Of a stretch of DNA of 64,000 bases, positions 41,306 to 54,692 are shown piece by piece. The stretch covers positions 34,658,001-34,722,000 of the forward strand of contig CM060732.1 in NCBI GenBank assembly GCA_030704615.1, in the 5' to 3' direction. Source of the stretch: Takakia lepidozioides. Taxonomy: Eukaryota > Plantae > Bryophyta. The position numbers and the translations under genes were made by a program. The stretch's first letter is position 1. Each line of letters opens with the position of its first letter. Under the pieces are notes generated by a model. That model saw nothing but the letters and a program-made list of their open reading frames with translations, made no database searches and had not been told where the DNA came from.

Positions 41306-41910
41306 CACGATAATAGGGAACGAAGAGTAGGACAGGGAACGACTGTGGGGAACAACACCAGTGAAGGGAACATGTTAGTTCACATACGACGGTTAGAGAG
41401 GGAAACGGTTAGAACCGCGGATAGGAGGATAAAGGGAAGAACGGGGAATAGGAAGAGATCATTATTCGGGGAGGACTTCGGAGACAGGCGGGAGCGGAGA
41501 TCGGAGAGCACGATGAAGGAGAAAAGAGGATTAGTAGAAGCTTGTCATATGCAAAGCTAGAGTGATATTGTAGAGTAGATTAGAGACATAATGGATTCGG
41601 CCTGATACCTGATAAATCATAATCTGATACTTATACGATACAATCACACTGTGTAGAGAGATCTGAGTGAAGCTATGGATTGAATGGAGGAGTTAAGGAA
41701 ACCGATAAATTGATGAAGCAAACTGATACTTAATTATCAATGGTAAGGTAGCAAAGATGAATGCGGAAAAGGAAACAAATAGGAAACACCCCCATGATAC
41801 ACTAGCTGTAGGTCATGACTGATTGTTCTGCGCGGGCTGAGTACTTAGAGATTTCCAACTCTTCTATCTTGGAGTTTCCGCCTCGGATAGCGAAGGGATG
41901 GGTGAGTAAA

Positions 41911-41994
41911 AGCCGCGCGACAGACTCGAACCCCACGGACATTATGGCCGCCAGAATCTAAACCTGGCATGTCTACCAATTCCATCATATCCGT
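41911..41994 (-). tRNA. trnL: Organellar-type (probably mitochondrial) tRNA-Leu(UAG) pseudogene with a non-matching 3' end, in a probable NUMT (about 41760-42290)
   Basis: Minus strand: cggatatgatggaattggtagacatg CCAGG tttagat TCTGG, long variable arm, ggttcgagtc. Anticodon TAG. The acceptor and T stems do not pair. Confidence 0.65.
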
Positions 41995-43699
41995 TGATCT
42001 AGTTGAGGCTTTTTTTTTAACTTCTTTTTTGCCGATTCAAATACTTATTGAATCACGAGAGAAAAAAACAATTTTTCTTCTCTGAGCCCTTAATAATGCT
42101 AAAGCTCTTTGGGTTTGGGCGAAACCTGTCAAGGCCGCAGGTTTTTGCAGGAAATTGGAGACGGAAAGATTCCTGAAAAAAATAGAGTCATGACATATAT
42201 ATATATATTAGCGTTCTACATAACACGGAGCGAACACCACGATTGGTTTGGAGTCTGGACGAAAAAAAAAAAAAAATTTAAAAAAAACTTATAGATAGGT
42301 TAACTAGAATTCATATTTCCACTCATCTAGATCTATGCTTTAGTAAGAGATTATTAATATAGGATAGAGAGGCTGCAGCATATAATAATTCAACAACATA
42401 TCATGTTCTTCTTGCAGTTGTAACACCCCTACACACATAACTACGTACTACTTATAACTGTCTGGCAGACTTCCACATGCATGTAAAGCTACCACAACAT
42501 ACAAAAATGGGCTATTGCTGTTGCAACCCATATGCTCAACTGACAGCTGCAACAGAAACACTACCCTACAACCAACGGCATAGGTACTTGTTGCCAATTA
42601 TAAACTCTATGCTACCGAGCTACTGATCGAATCACACCACTAATCAATGTGTCTCATAGTTCCCCACAGATACTTCTGCACCATCCCCAATTGAAATGGA
42701 AGCATAAGGTGAAATGGAAAGCTCCCTAAACATTGGCATAACAATTGACTCTCTATCAAAGCGACTCCCTGGCAAACTCTAATATAACCTCTAGCCAAAC
42801 CAAACATATAGGGGTAGATGCACGCTTTAAGGTGGACCAAAAACTGCATTACCGGCACAGTTTTCAGTGACTGTTGTGCATGATATCATGAATTAAATTT
42901 AATATAATGAATAATACTGAGAAACATTTTCCATTCTAGATTCCTAACTTGAATATACCTATATCAACTGTCCAATTGTCAATCCAATAAAATGTCGAAG
43001 GGCTATAGACTTTTGAACACGACAACTGGGGACTGTTACGGCTGCAAATGGAAATACATGGACTAAAAAATAAGCCATTGTGCCTCTGGTGTAGTGCTTT
43101 GAACTTTTGAGGTAGGGGGCCAATTTAGAGAACAATCTAGATTTCAATTTAAAATGACAATATCAGCTGTCATTTACTACCTATGGACTAATATGAGTAT
43201 TATATATAGGTGGATTTGTTTTAGTTCAGTACATCTAGTGTTTTGGGAGGCGTCATACTTTTCTTCTTTTGTTTTGGGCTTTTGAGGTGTCATATTTTAT
43301 TGCAAATGATACAAAAATATAATCTACAATGGCTTGGTTGTATATGGACAAATCGATGTAAATTCTAATTTCTGATATATCAAATCTTATTCAAATTAAA
43401 TATTAAAATTTATAGTAAAAATAATCTTTGATGTTTGGGGTAAAACACTTTATTAAAAATGTTAATTATACCATTGTCTATCATCATTTAAAATTATTTG
43501 GGAAAATATCATTAATTTTAAATTTGGTCATGGACTTCTATGGAAGTAGCATATGCCGTTTTTGGTCCATCTTAGCGTGCAACTACCCATAGGCACTCAC
43601 ATCTAAGCACATAACAGTATTGAAGCATAGACAAAAGATAACAATGACATAAGGATAATGATTAGAGAATTCTCTTTCATTTGTACAAGTAGTCACTTC

Positions 43700-45000
43700 T
43701 CTACAGCAGTAAAAGCCCTCCACTATTAGAAATTTGGAGTCACATGTCATTATACCAATGTCTCACAAAGTATGTCCCCAAGCATAGAGGCACATCTCAA
43801 CACATGAAGCACTAGTATTACCTTTGTCTTGCACCACATGAGGCACACTTCCTCTTCCTAAGGCTTCTGAGAGAGAAATGTATGCCTCCCGGATTCGATA
43901 CAGCAGCCTCTGCGTTACTGTTCTCCTGGACCAACCCATCTTTCAACCAACCCATTAGCCACCTCCAAATTGAAAAGCAGATGTGAACGTGGTGTCCGTC
44001 CCCTTGATCTCATGAACTCCAGATAAATGATATATATCCATTCACCAACCTTGTATCAACGGAATGTAAGTACAACCTGTGCCCCAACTTGTGGTGATGG
44101 GTTTGAACACTGATCTTGGATATCCAATACTGCTCTTATATGCTCTTGGTAGTGTTTCAGAACAAAGGAGGTGGGCACAAGACGTCTTCCACCATTGCTA
44201 TAACTCCCAACCACAATGTCGTCAGATCATCCACCGGTGGTTGTAAGTAAACATCTATATTGTCACTTATCACAATCCTTTCCAAGAATCAGCAATGTTA
44301 AAATCACATAAAAATTCTTGATTACCAACCAAGGAGGCAAATTATAATGGAGATCCAAGATAGGCCAAGTTGACCAGCTTGTTGATTTTGTACCGTAAGG
44401 ATTCACCCCATCCAAGGCCAACCCAAGACGTATGTTTCGTGGATCTGTTGCAAACTCCGGCCATGTGCTATCAATATGGGACCAAACCTTGTTGTCTCCA
44501 GCATGTCGAACCAAACCATCTGAACTTTTGTTTTGTTATGTGAGTTCATAAGCTCTACGATGGACTTAGCTCTAAAACATCCTTTTCGATTTGGGTATGA
44601 GAGGAAAGTGCCACAATACTTTTATGGGCACCTCCCTCGGCCGGGTATGTATCATTGATTCAGGCACTTCGGACAAATCGTCGCATTTTCCAACTCTCCA
44701 CATAATAGTACACAACCACGCTCACAGGCATGGGTCCGTTTGTATCCCAGTCCATCATGGCTATCATGGTTTTTGCCGAGTCGTAATGTGATTTGGGCAA
44801 AGTATTTTCTTTGGGCAAAATCCCAGCCTCAACAATGACAATAGCTTGTCCATAAATGCACTTGTACACATGTGGGTGGCACAAGAATACAGCAACATCA
44901 AAGTGGCTATCAAACAATTGTGAACGGAACAACGGATATGCATATTTGTCGATATTACATGGATTCATAAAATTGGCCTGTCATGCAATATAAGAAATTC
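43700..45000 (-). mobile_element. CACTA (En/Spm) transposase remnant
   Basis: WPEFATDPRNIRLGLALDGVNPYG..STWPI..YNLPPW (Transposase_21-like); LPKENTLPKSHY. Confidence 0.8.
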
Positions 45001-45915
45001 GCAACCAATTATGATTGACTTCCAAAAGAAGGTGTACGCAAAAAATGGAAAGCTCTTGACGATGGATCCTCTTCACTACCCATGGATAAGTCCAAACATG
45101 TTGCCATGAAATCAATTTGGGGAGACAATGAACAATCAAGACGATGTATAGAAGCAATTTTTTTTTATCAAAATTAGAATTATAAAATATATGAATTTTC
45201 TGAAAAATGGAGTGAATATTGATGTGCACTATGAATTATTTTTATTAAAAAATGATTTACAGTGGAGCAATATTTTTGAAAAGCTATTTGGAGCTCGAGA
45301 ACACAAAAGATGGTATTCTGGAAGGTTTTTAGCTCTCTACAGAATGATATATGAATTTAATGCTTGCTCTAATGAATGAAGTGAGAATTAGACTAAGGAG
45401 GTTGTTCTTTGTTGTGAGCTGATGTGTGATCGTCCAAAAGAAGGCTTAAAGCTGTACAAAGATGTTGAAAAAATTTACATCATTGTTTGCTCATATCCAA
45501 TTTGTTTGAAAACGAGATATGAATAAGATAGTTTAATATTTTGGGCACATTTACTAGATAATAAAGACCAGTCACAAAGTGTTACAGAGTTTTGGGTTAT
45601 GGGTGAAAAACTTGTTTGTCATTCATATAATTTTTCCTTTCTCTATAAAGTTTTGGTACATTCTATAATTATATTATTTATATGCTATAGTCAAGTATAA
45701 CATACAAAGTTTGTTGAAAGGGTGGACAAACTGTTTTTATCCATATGATTTTTTCAACTTTGTGGATATGTTTTACATACTCACTCACATGTTAAGGCTA
45801 AGTATGTAATCTAATAGAATTTGTGAACAAATTGTTCGCCATCCAGATGGTTTTCTCTTCATTTGAAACTTTGTGGGTATTGAAGTAAAGTATGCAACCT
45901 ACTTATCACAAACAC

Positions 45916-47325
45916 CGTTGATACACACATAATCTAAGGGGAAAAGTATTAGTTGTTGATCACTGCTTACATAACACTCATGTGAGTTCACGTGATCACA
46001 TTACAGACGCCACTGAACTCTCAGCGACTCTCAAGCTACATACTGCAACCTCACTACTTCCCAAGTGCAAGCACACTAATCATGCAGCTAATCATTCCCT
46101 AAGTAACAAAAAGCTGTAACCGTATCTAGCAACCACAAGAAATTGTAACCGTATATATCCAGCAACCAACCTCATACCGTACTCGACAGTATTTCCCTAC
46201 AACACTCCCACTCGGGATGCGATTCATCAGACAGCAGAAGAAGTAAGACCAAGCAATGTCTTAAAACGACAAAACTTGTCACGAGGAAGAGCTTTCGTGA
46301 GGATGTCAGCAACATTATCGGTGGTGTTGAGGTAAGTAATGAGAATCTCGTTGGTTGCTTCAGCTTCTCAAATCTTGTGGTACTTGATCTCAATATGTTT
46401 GGTACGGCGATGGAATGCAAGCCGATTGCAAACAAGCCTGATAGTAGCTTGATTGTCGCTGAACAAAATTATGGGGCCAGCTTGAGTATAGCGCAAATCT
46501 GACAGCAGCCTGCTCAACCAGATGATCTCTTGGGAGGCTAAATGAGCGGCAATATACTCCACTTCGGTGGTGCTTGTAGCAGTGCACGATTGCTTCCGGC
46601 TACCCCAAGCCACTGGGCCACCATTTAACATGAGAACATAGCCAGATCTTCTCTTTCTATCATCAATGTCACCAGCATATTAATCAACATCACAGTATGT
46701 CATGAGTTGGTTTTGAGATGTTGCCTGGGCACTATACGTGATGCGTAGAGCAGGTAAACCCCGGAGGTACTTGAGAATGCGTTTCACAGCTGGACCAACA
46801 TGAGGGGCCTTCAGAGACTCACTGAACTTGGCGGCTTGGCTAACAGAGTATGAAATGTCGACTCGAGTTCCTTGAGAGGCGAAATGCAAGCTTCCGATGC
46901 ACTCTCGGTAAGGAAAACTGGTTTCAGTGGGCTCCGTTATGGCATCGAGATAATCCAAAGAGTTGTGAGGATCACCAGGTACTGTCACGGGACTGGAGTT
47001 TTCAAAACCAAAACGGATTAACACTCGCTGGATGTAGCGCTCCTGTCCAATTGTATGGTGCGGTGAAAATGATCCCTAATGATATGGAGGCCAACATATA
47101 TCTCAGGATTTCCTTCAGTGATGCTGAAAGTTCCTTTCATAGCACCAAGAACATCGGAAATGCAGCGGCCATGGGTGCTGCATGTTATTCCATCGTCCAC
47201 CCATATGGCCATGATGAGGCGAGGATCGACTGTGCTCACGTAAACACAAGGATCTGCTGTCGATTGAGAAAGGTTGTGAGCGGTAAGAAAATTGTGGAAC
47301 TTGCGGTTCCACACACGTGAAGATT
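45916..47325 (-). mobile_element. Ty1/Copia remnant: RT, RNase H, PPT and 3' LTR (about 45916-46204)
   Basis: STADPCVY, IWVDDG, PYRECIGSL, AVKRILKYL, WGSRKQSCTATSTTEVEY, RTKHIEIKYH; PPT gagtgggag (46205-46213) then TGTTG. Confidence 0.85.
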
Positions 47326-49054
47326 GGAGGGAAGCTAGCGCATGAGCACGTGAGCGCTTAGCGGACTAAGCGTGAGCAGATTTCTTAAGTGTCAGCACAT
47401 TTCTTAAGCGTGAGCATAGAATGAAAGCGGAGCCTATAGCCACGGGAAAAGCAGAACCTATTGTTGTGGGGACAACGTTTAGGGTTTAGGGGGGCAACAT
47501 ACGCAAGACGCGAATGGAAATTTGAGAGTAGTGCGAGACGAAATCCGTACGGATGAATGGGTTTGTGGAATGGATGAATATAGGATGAATGAGGGAGGTC
47601 AAAATACGGATGAATATACAATGGATGATACCAATGACATCTGGGGTGAAAGAACTCGAATGATGTTCGATGTTCACGTACCTTTTGTTTGAAACAGTAT
47701 ACATGTCGTATAAACAATGCCAGTAGTGAAGGTCCATGTAAGACTGAGGTATATTCTGAAAGCACGGTCGAAATTGGAAAGTGTACAAAGTGTACAAAGC
47801 ATTACCATTCATTTGATCATGACGTGGGGTAGGAGATGGCTTCTGAGTCAAGAAAGTGCTGCCATCAAACAGCCTGAAGCTTTTTCCATATAAAGGCGCG
47901 ACTTTGTCATCTGCCACCGGACGTCACAGAAAACCAGCCCAGGCTTTGCAAGGTCATGCCCGAGAACATCTCAAACTCGTGCAGTACTATCTCGCTCAAG
48001 TAGTGTCATAACATCAATAGGTCCTATCGTACATTGGTGAATGTATATGTCTCTTTTTGGATCACAAAACATCCTCTGAATGTACATGTAGTACAAATGT
48101 TTGCATGGCACAAATTTACCTCTCTTTCCTAGAGAACTGGAGATTGTGTTTTTGAAGTCTGGGCAAGTGCAATCTGGGAAATTGGAAATTGTTACCTCTA
48201 CGCCCTGTTGTGAAGAACAGATCCCATTGTCACCATACTATACACCCGTCCGTAGCCTGGTGGGGGAACATCGACAACGTGGGTGATCTGACACTGAAGG
48301 GTTTGCACTCGTGCTCTGCAACTGCCTAAGCTTGTCTGACTTCCACTACAACAGATCGTGGTATTCATGACTGTATATATGACTATTCTGCAGTCATAAA
48401 CGATACATATGACTTCTATGACTGTAAGTCGTGCAAACCAAGTCAATACAATGAGTACATGATGGTATGGTTCGGATGACTACAGTCATATGAACCAAGT
48501 GATATCTCTCACTGCAGTCATATATACCATACTGCAGTCGCCGCTGCCGCGCCACGTGGTGAGGTGCAATTGATTTAAAAAATTAAATTAAATTAAAAAA
48601 ACTGAAAAAATAAAAACATATGTCAAACGCCGCGTCGCACCGCATTGTGCCACGTGGCATAATGTATTTTATAATAATAAAAAAACCACGTGGCAGTCCG
48701 TCTAGGGCACCACGTGCTATCCCTAGCTCGTCTACTAACCCTAGTGAACTCATGCAAGCATCAGAAATTTACAAAGGACCTTACTCTTGTCACGAACCCT
48801 CCGCACTGTTTGTATCTGAAGTGCTAGAATCCCATCCAGTCGTCAAGTTCTTTGAGGCCATCCTGACTTGCTGCATCGGAAGAGTACCACCATGCCCTTA
48901 TAGTTTGGTATAAGGAGTTTGCTTCGATCTCGCTTGCCGCATCTTTATACAGCCGGCAGAGTCTCATGTGTTCCTCCTGCAACTCTGGTTTTATGCAATT
49001 CTTGGTGTGCCTTCGGAGGGACTGAGTCCAATGGAACAGGCAAGTGATCATGGG
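47326..49054 (-). mobile_element. MULE-like transposase remnant with SWIM zinc finger and GCGTGAGC-rich terminus
   Basis: FPDCTCPDFKNT..GKFVPCKHLYY (about 48080-48180); further coding remnant at 48750-49050; terminus at 47326-47420 has gcgtgagc repeats like those at 13102-13160. Confidence 0.55.
48344..48745 (+). mobile_element. CACTA element left terminus with subterminal repeats, inserted in the MULE remnant
   Basis: Starts CACTACAACAGAT followed by repeated atgactg/cagtcat motifs in both orientations. Confidence 0.65.
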
Positions 49055-51987
49055 TGTCAAAGACGAGAACATGACTAAACACAAACAAGAGATCAGACTA
49101 GATGTACAAGACTAGACAAGAAGTCTAGGTCGGCGTGGCCGTATGCACGATGAGTAAATATGAATCAAGATAATCTTTATAACAATGAACAAGAGTACAA
49201 GATATTGGAACACGACTTGAATACTGGAATGCTGGAAACTAGACTAGAGTATCAGATACTGGAAACTGGGCTAGAGTACTGGAAACTGGACTGGAGTACT
49301 GGGAACTGGAAACAAGAGTAGCTTGAACTGGTGTTGGCGAGACTGAAGAGTGTCCAGTCTCGCCTCCTATATATACTGGCTACTAAAAAGCTTCCCCTAT
49401 GGAGGTTTCTTGCTGGAGAAGTTAAAATTAAACAAAGGTTTCTTGATGGAGAAGCTTCCTTAAACAAATGAGGTATCTTGATGGAGAAGTTTCCTCCAAA
49501 TGAAGCCCTCCTGAGCAGTTTCCCAAGTTACTCTTGGTAATTTGGTAAACTCCCGATAACTTGGTAAGTAATTGTAAATCACGGTAAATCATGATAACTT
49601 CCGGTAACATGATAACTTGGTAACTTTCGGTATTTATTCCTTGTAAGTTCCTCTGGGCTATGTCCGTGACATCACCCCTCTTCTAGCGCCGAGTTCCTCG
49701 AGGAGCGGTAAAATCTTGGACTTGCTTGGAGTTGGAGAAAATCCAAAATCCGACGAATAGTACTTGCCAAGTATTCGGCTCTTCGTTCTTGATTCAAATG
49801 ATTTATAGGTCCCTGCAACCATCGATAGTGTCCAACACCTTGTACTTGGGACCACGTAGTGATTTGAGCATTCTGATTTTCGAAGTTACCTTCAAACATG
49901 ATTTCGTTGCCCTCTGGGTCCAAAGCCTCAACCTCCAACAAAATTATCAGACTTCAAGTAGGCTCCACTTGTCGTCGTACGGGGTCCAGATGAGGAAGTA
50001 CGCGTCGCATTGGTGGCCCATCGTCTCGAGAGCGTCGGCGTGATGTTGAAGGTCGTGAGAGTCGGAACGGCTGATCTGGTAGCTGGGTAAGCGACAACTC
50101 CAATGTATCTGGTTCTTGTGACTCCATACTGCCAATACAAGATGCAAAAGTGCTGGAAGTGCTGAAAGTGTAGCTATATATACTGATGTGTGGTGCTCCT
50201 TCCTCCTTAGCGTGTATCAGGTACATTGAATGTGGAGTCTTCACCTTGAAGCTAACTTGGCTGACATCATCGTTATGACGTCTTATTGACGTGTAGCTTG
50301 AGGCTTAGCTAGATATTGTTGATGAAACTCTTGGACTTTGTCAGATGCATTGGCGAGGTTGGATGAAGGTTCCAATGTTCGTTCGCTGGTGTCGTAGCCT
50401 TTCAAATGTACGAAATACTCAAGACGTTTATACTTGATGCGAGAGTCTAGGACTTCGTCGACTTCATACTCAATTTCCTGATTGACTTCGACTGGTAGAG
50501 GTGGTACGGAGACTCTCCCTGGAATATTTGATGGATGATACAACTCCAATAATGAAACATGAAAGACTGGATGGATGCGCCTACTTCATGGGAGTTCAAG
50601 CCGAAAACTCATCGGATTTATTTGTCCAATAATTTTGAATGGTCCCAGGCGTTGATAATCCAACTTCTTTGATGGTCGCGAGGTTAGTATGTCCCGTCGA
50701 AGAAGCCACACACGATCTCCGACCTTGAACTGGGGTTGGAGTTGGCGACGTTGATCTGCATACTTCTTGTATTGTTTTTGAGCTTCTGCGAGGTGGAATG
50801 TAAGCTCTTTGTGGATCGTAGCAAGATGAGTAGCAAAGTTTTCGGCAGCAGGGCTTCTGTCAAGTTATTTTACGACTAGTGTGAAGTTAGCTAGAAAATA
50901 ACTAGCTTTCATATATTGACATTTGGGATTGATCCAAGTGTCAATCCAGGGGCCAATACTTGTTTGGGCACCTGGCGTTGTTATCTTCACGGCAGATCGC
51001 GGTGGGCTCATCGTTCTCGAGTTGAGCCTCATTGCGTCTAGCTATGGCGCCGTAGTGTGGATTCTCCATGGCGTGGGGTGCACTTGGCTCGACTTAATAT
51101 ATGAGTGATGTTTTCATGTGCAAGTATATGAGTTTGAGAAAGCTTGTATGCTTGTATTATTCTTTTCTTTATCACTCGAGAATTATGAGATCGAGTCTGT
51201 GAGTGGCAGGTTCGAGTTAGTTGTAGCACTTGTGTTTTCAAATCATGAGAAGTGGTTCAACCTAGAGTGCAGGGAGCCGTGCATGAGCCTATCCAAAGCG
51301 GATAGAGTGCAAAGGCGAACAGGTTGCAGGTTTGTCATGGAAGCATGTGCTGAGTTGGAGTTTCAATCTGAAACTCAACAGTGTAAGGGCTCTTGGAGTG
51401 GCAAGAGCGGGGTTGGAAGGGCAGCAAAGATGCGCCCTAGAGCCAGGGGATATGCATGAGAAGTGCAGGTGCACCAAGTTTGTAAAAGTGTGTTGTTTCA
51501 GATTCGTTTTTGTGGGCTTCATGAAGAAATGGAGCTTGTTGGGCAGCATAATGCTTGCTTTTTGAGTTTAGGGTGCCTCTGGTGGGTCATGAGAGCCCAA
51601 GAGAGCATGGCAGCAGGTCTGGTGGCTTCGCAGAAGCCATAGCTCGTCGGCAGCAGGTGCATGAGCAAACCCCAGCTTAGGGAGAGTGCGGGAACGCATG
51701 GGAACTCGTTGGGAGTTCCAGGGAACAGAGAATAGTGGCCGTGATAGGCCGTTGGGGCGGTATCACGAGATACCACGAGCCCAAGTTGTGATGGTTGACC
51801 GTGACCGTTGGAAGTCATGGTGCGGACACAACGGGTGGGCACTGTGACCAGATCGTGGGGATGGCGGGCCGTGAAGGCTCGTGGGAGTGGTACCACGGGG
51901 TATCACTGGGCAGCCCGCGGCCAAAGAGCGCCTAGGGCGGGCCGTGAGGAGTCGTGGCGGTTGGAGCCACGGAAGGCCACGAACCAG

Positions 51988-52043
<56 letters not shown>
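51988..52043 (+). repeat. Poly(A) tract, 56 nt
   Basis: Pure A run. Confidence 0.95.
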
Positions 52044-52045
<2 letters not shown>

Positions 52046-53051
52046 TTTTTTCACTCGTTTCGTGGGACCTTGATGGGGAGGCTGGGCTCTGAAGAGCAAC
52101 AGTTTTGAGCTAGCTGATCCGGCAGAAAAGTCAGAATTGCCTCCCTGTTGCGTTTTAACAAAGGGGATTACTCCCCTGCAGGTAATCTTTTCTGGTATTC
52201 AGCCCAATTCTTAACTATGGGGGAGACCAGCCTGCAGGTAATTCCTTTGGACAGAATGTTGTTGGGGCCTATATGTACCTCTATTTGCTCCATTTTTTAA
52301 CCTTCAGCGAATGGTGTGGTTTCCTGAGGTGGTTCCATTCGGAGGAATGGCTGGTGGACATAAGGAGGCACTGGCGGACCCTGTGGAGGCTTGCATGGGT
52401 TCTTGGAGGCCAAGTTTCATGAGCTCGTGGAGGGCGGTTTGAGGAGTGTCTACAGGATGCTCTCATGGTCATGCAAGTGAGAGAAGAGAGGAAAAAAAAG
52501 GGTGTTGGGATGAGAGCGTGTTGGGGATAGGCATTGCTTTAGTTTCCCTTCCTCGTAGCTTTCCACCTTCTCTGTAGGCCGAGACCTTTCCGTAGGTGGA
52601 GGCAAGAGTCAGTCTGGGTTTGGGCTGGGTTGCAGGAGCGACACTGTGGAGTTGTTTTTGGTGTGGGGGAGTTGTTGTTTTCATTCTTGTGTTTGGATCC
52701 CATCCACACCTGCATACTTGATTGTGCGCCATGCTAGTTTTGTGCGGGCGCTTGATTTTATAGGTGGTTGACTCGGGCTTGATCGCCGATCCAACCCTAG
52801 AGCATGCTGTCGATGGTGAGGCTGGGTTGATGACCAATCAGACCATCTTTGTTTCTCCTGTGGTGAGGTTGGAGGTGATGACCAGCCAACCATAGCAGTG
52901 CCTGCGGTGGATGCAAGTGCAGGTGCAGGCTAGGTTAGGAACCTAGTATTCCAAACCATAAGCCGCATCAGGTTCTCTACCCGGTTACCTTGTGGAGAGG
53001 GGGTTAGAGACAGGTTCATGACCGGTTGAGTGTCAATTTGTCAACACGGAG

Positions 53052-54600
53052 GTGCCACTAGTTGCTGGGGAAAGTGCCAGTACGAGCACTAGCGATACTA
53101 GCGGGTATACGAGACGAGGTGTGCGGTTTAGGCCACCTTCATCTCCTGTGTCTTCTACGGAAGGTTCTGATTCGGATTGTGAATCAGGAGAACTTACACC
53201 GGAGGTGCAATTGTTTCCTTGCCATTGTTGTGTGACACAATGGAGGAGATGTATGGAGCCACCAAGGGGCCACGTAGGTACTCTAGGGCGGTGGGCACCA
53301 TTGAGTTGGATAATTTTATCCAAGAGTTTGATAGTTGGTGTGACTTGCAGAAAATGCGCAATCCACAACTGTTTACGCCTTCCACGGCATGGAAGGGGCT
53401 GTTTCAGCACCTTGAGGGGCCGCCCATGGATGATTACCATGAGTTTAGGCGGGGGCACGATATTGAGATCGAGGAGTGGAGGATGTACTGGTCACCCGAC
53501 TATGTCTCCATCACTAGAGGCACTAGAGGCACAAGGCCAGCAGCCACATCGGCAGCTGTACCCGCAGCAGCAGCTTCCACGAGCAGTAGTGGGACTAGTG
53601 GTACAGCAACTACGACGTCCACCCAAGCTACTGCTGCACCAGCACCAGTGGCAGTGTCTGCCTTCAACCATGTTGTGGAGTTCTTCGAAGAGTTGAGAAG
53701 GAACTACCAAGGGGTGACAGAGAAGTTGAGGAGCTTGCAAGAGTTCCAGAGGAAGCCTATTGAGAGCTTGAGGGAGGCTTTCACTCGCATGAGGCGCTTG
53801 ATAAATGTAACCCAAGGGGTTACAGAAGCTCAGGCAGTCCAATTCTGGTATGAGATATTGGACAAGGAGCTGAGGAGAAGGGTGCGGGATGCAACTCTCC
53901 TACAAGCGACCCAACCCACCTTAGCAAATGTGTTTTTGCTGGCAGAGCGGATAAAGCTCAACATGGTGGAGGAACGAGTGGTCATGGTGGGATTTGCTAA
54001 GGAGGCACCACGGGGTAGTGCTCCTAGCCAACCACTACCTCAACGTGCTCAAGGCAACAAGGGAGCTCAGGTGAAGCCCAGGGAAGGACAGAGAGGACCT
54101 CAGATGCAGGGGTCTCTCCCTTCATTTGCAAGCCAACAACGGGCGGATGTGGTGTGCCGGACATGTGGAGGACCCCATGTCAAGAAGGACTGCCCAGAAG
54201 GAGGCAATGGTTTAATTTGGCACCGGCACAGTCTGCATAGGTGCAGTGTGGGCATTGTGGCAAGTACGGGCATGGAGAGGCCAAGTGTTATGGTCTGCAT
54301 CCTGAGTTGCGCCCAGGCCAGTTCCAAGGGAACAATGGTGGCCGGGGGCGAGGTGGAGCAGCCCAGAGAGGACAAGGTGGTCAGGCACGAGGTGTAGGCC
54401 AAGGGCAAGCTCAACACGGCCAAGGACGCGGAGGTCAAGGTGGTGACCAAGGCATGGCCAACCAGCTTCAGCAGCTAGAGCAGAGGCTCACTGCCATGGC
54501 CACAGCTCAGGTGGTGCCGGCTCCAAGGCCGGATGGTCCACCTCCTGCTCCTGAGGGAGGAGACATAGGAGGCATGGGATTCATGTGCGGGGCAACACTA
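53052..54600 (+). pseudogene. gag: gag-like ORF with two CCHC zinc knuckles, frameshifted
   Basis: ELDNFIQEFDSWC; FQRKPIESLREAFTRMRRL; knuckles CRTCGGPHVKKDC and CGHCGKYGHGEAKC; RG/QG-rich tail. Confidence 0.8.
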
Positions 54601-54692
54601 TCACTAGTGAGGGGTGCCACTACCACTACCACTATGGGTAGGGCACCACTACCACTACCATTGTGGGTGGGGCACCACTACCACTACCACTA
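54589..54692. repeat. 29-bp tandem repeat (gggcaccactaccactacca...) at the gag / inverted pol junction
   Basis: Units at 54612, 54641 and 54670, plus a degenerate unit at 54589. Confidence 0.85.

Noticed and set aside
40871-41313. Cys/Val-rich and Ser/His-rich ORFs
   Set aside because: Products of the CACAGCC simple repeat.
41911-41994. Functional nuclear tRNA-Leu
   Set aside because: The acceptor and T stems cannot pair.
50858-50921. Mini-LTR TGTCAA...TTGACA (64 bp) at the left end of the MTase element
   Set aside because: No second copy in the window and no convincing PBS after it.
51808-52108. Poly-lysine proteins
   Set aside because: Translation of the A56 tract.
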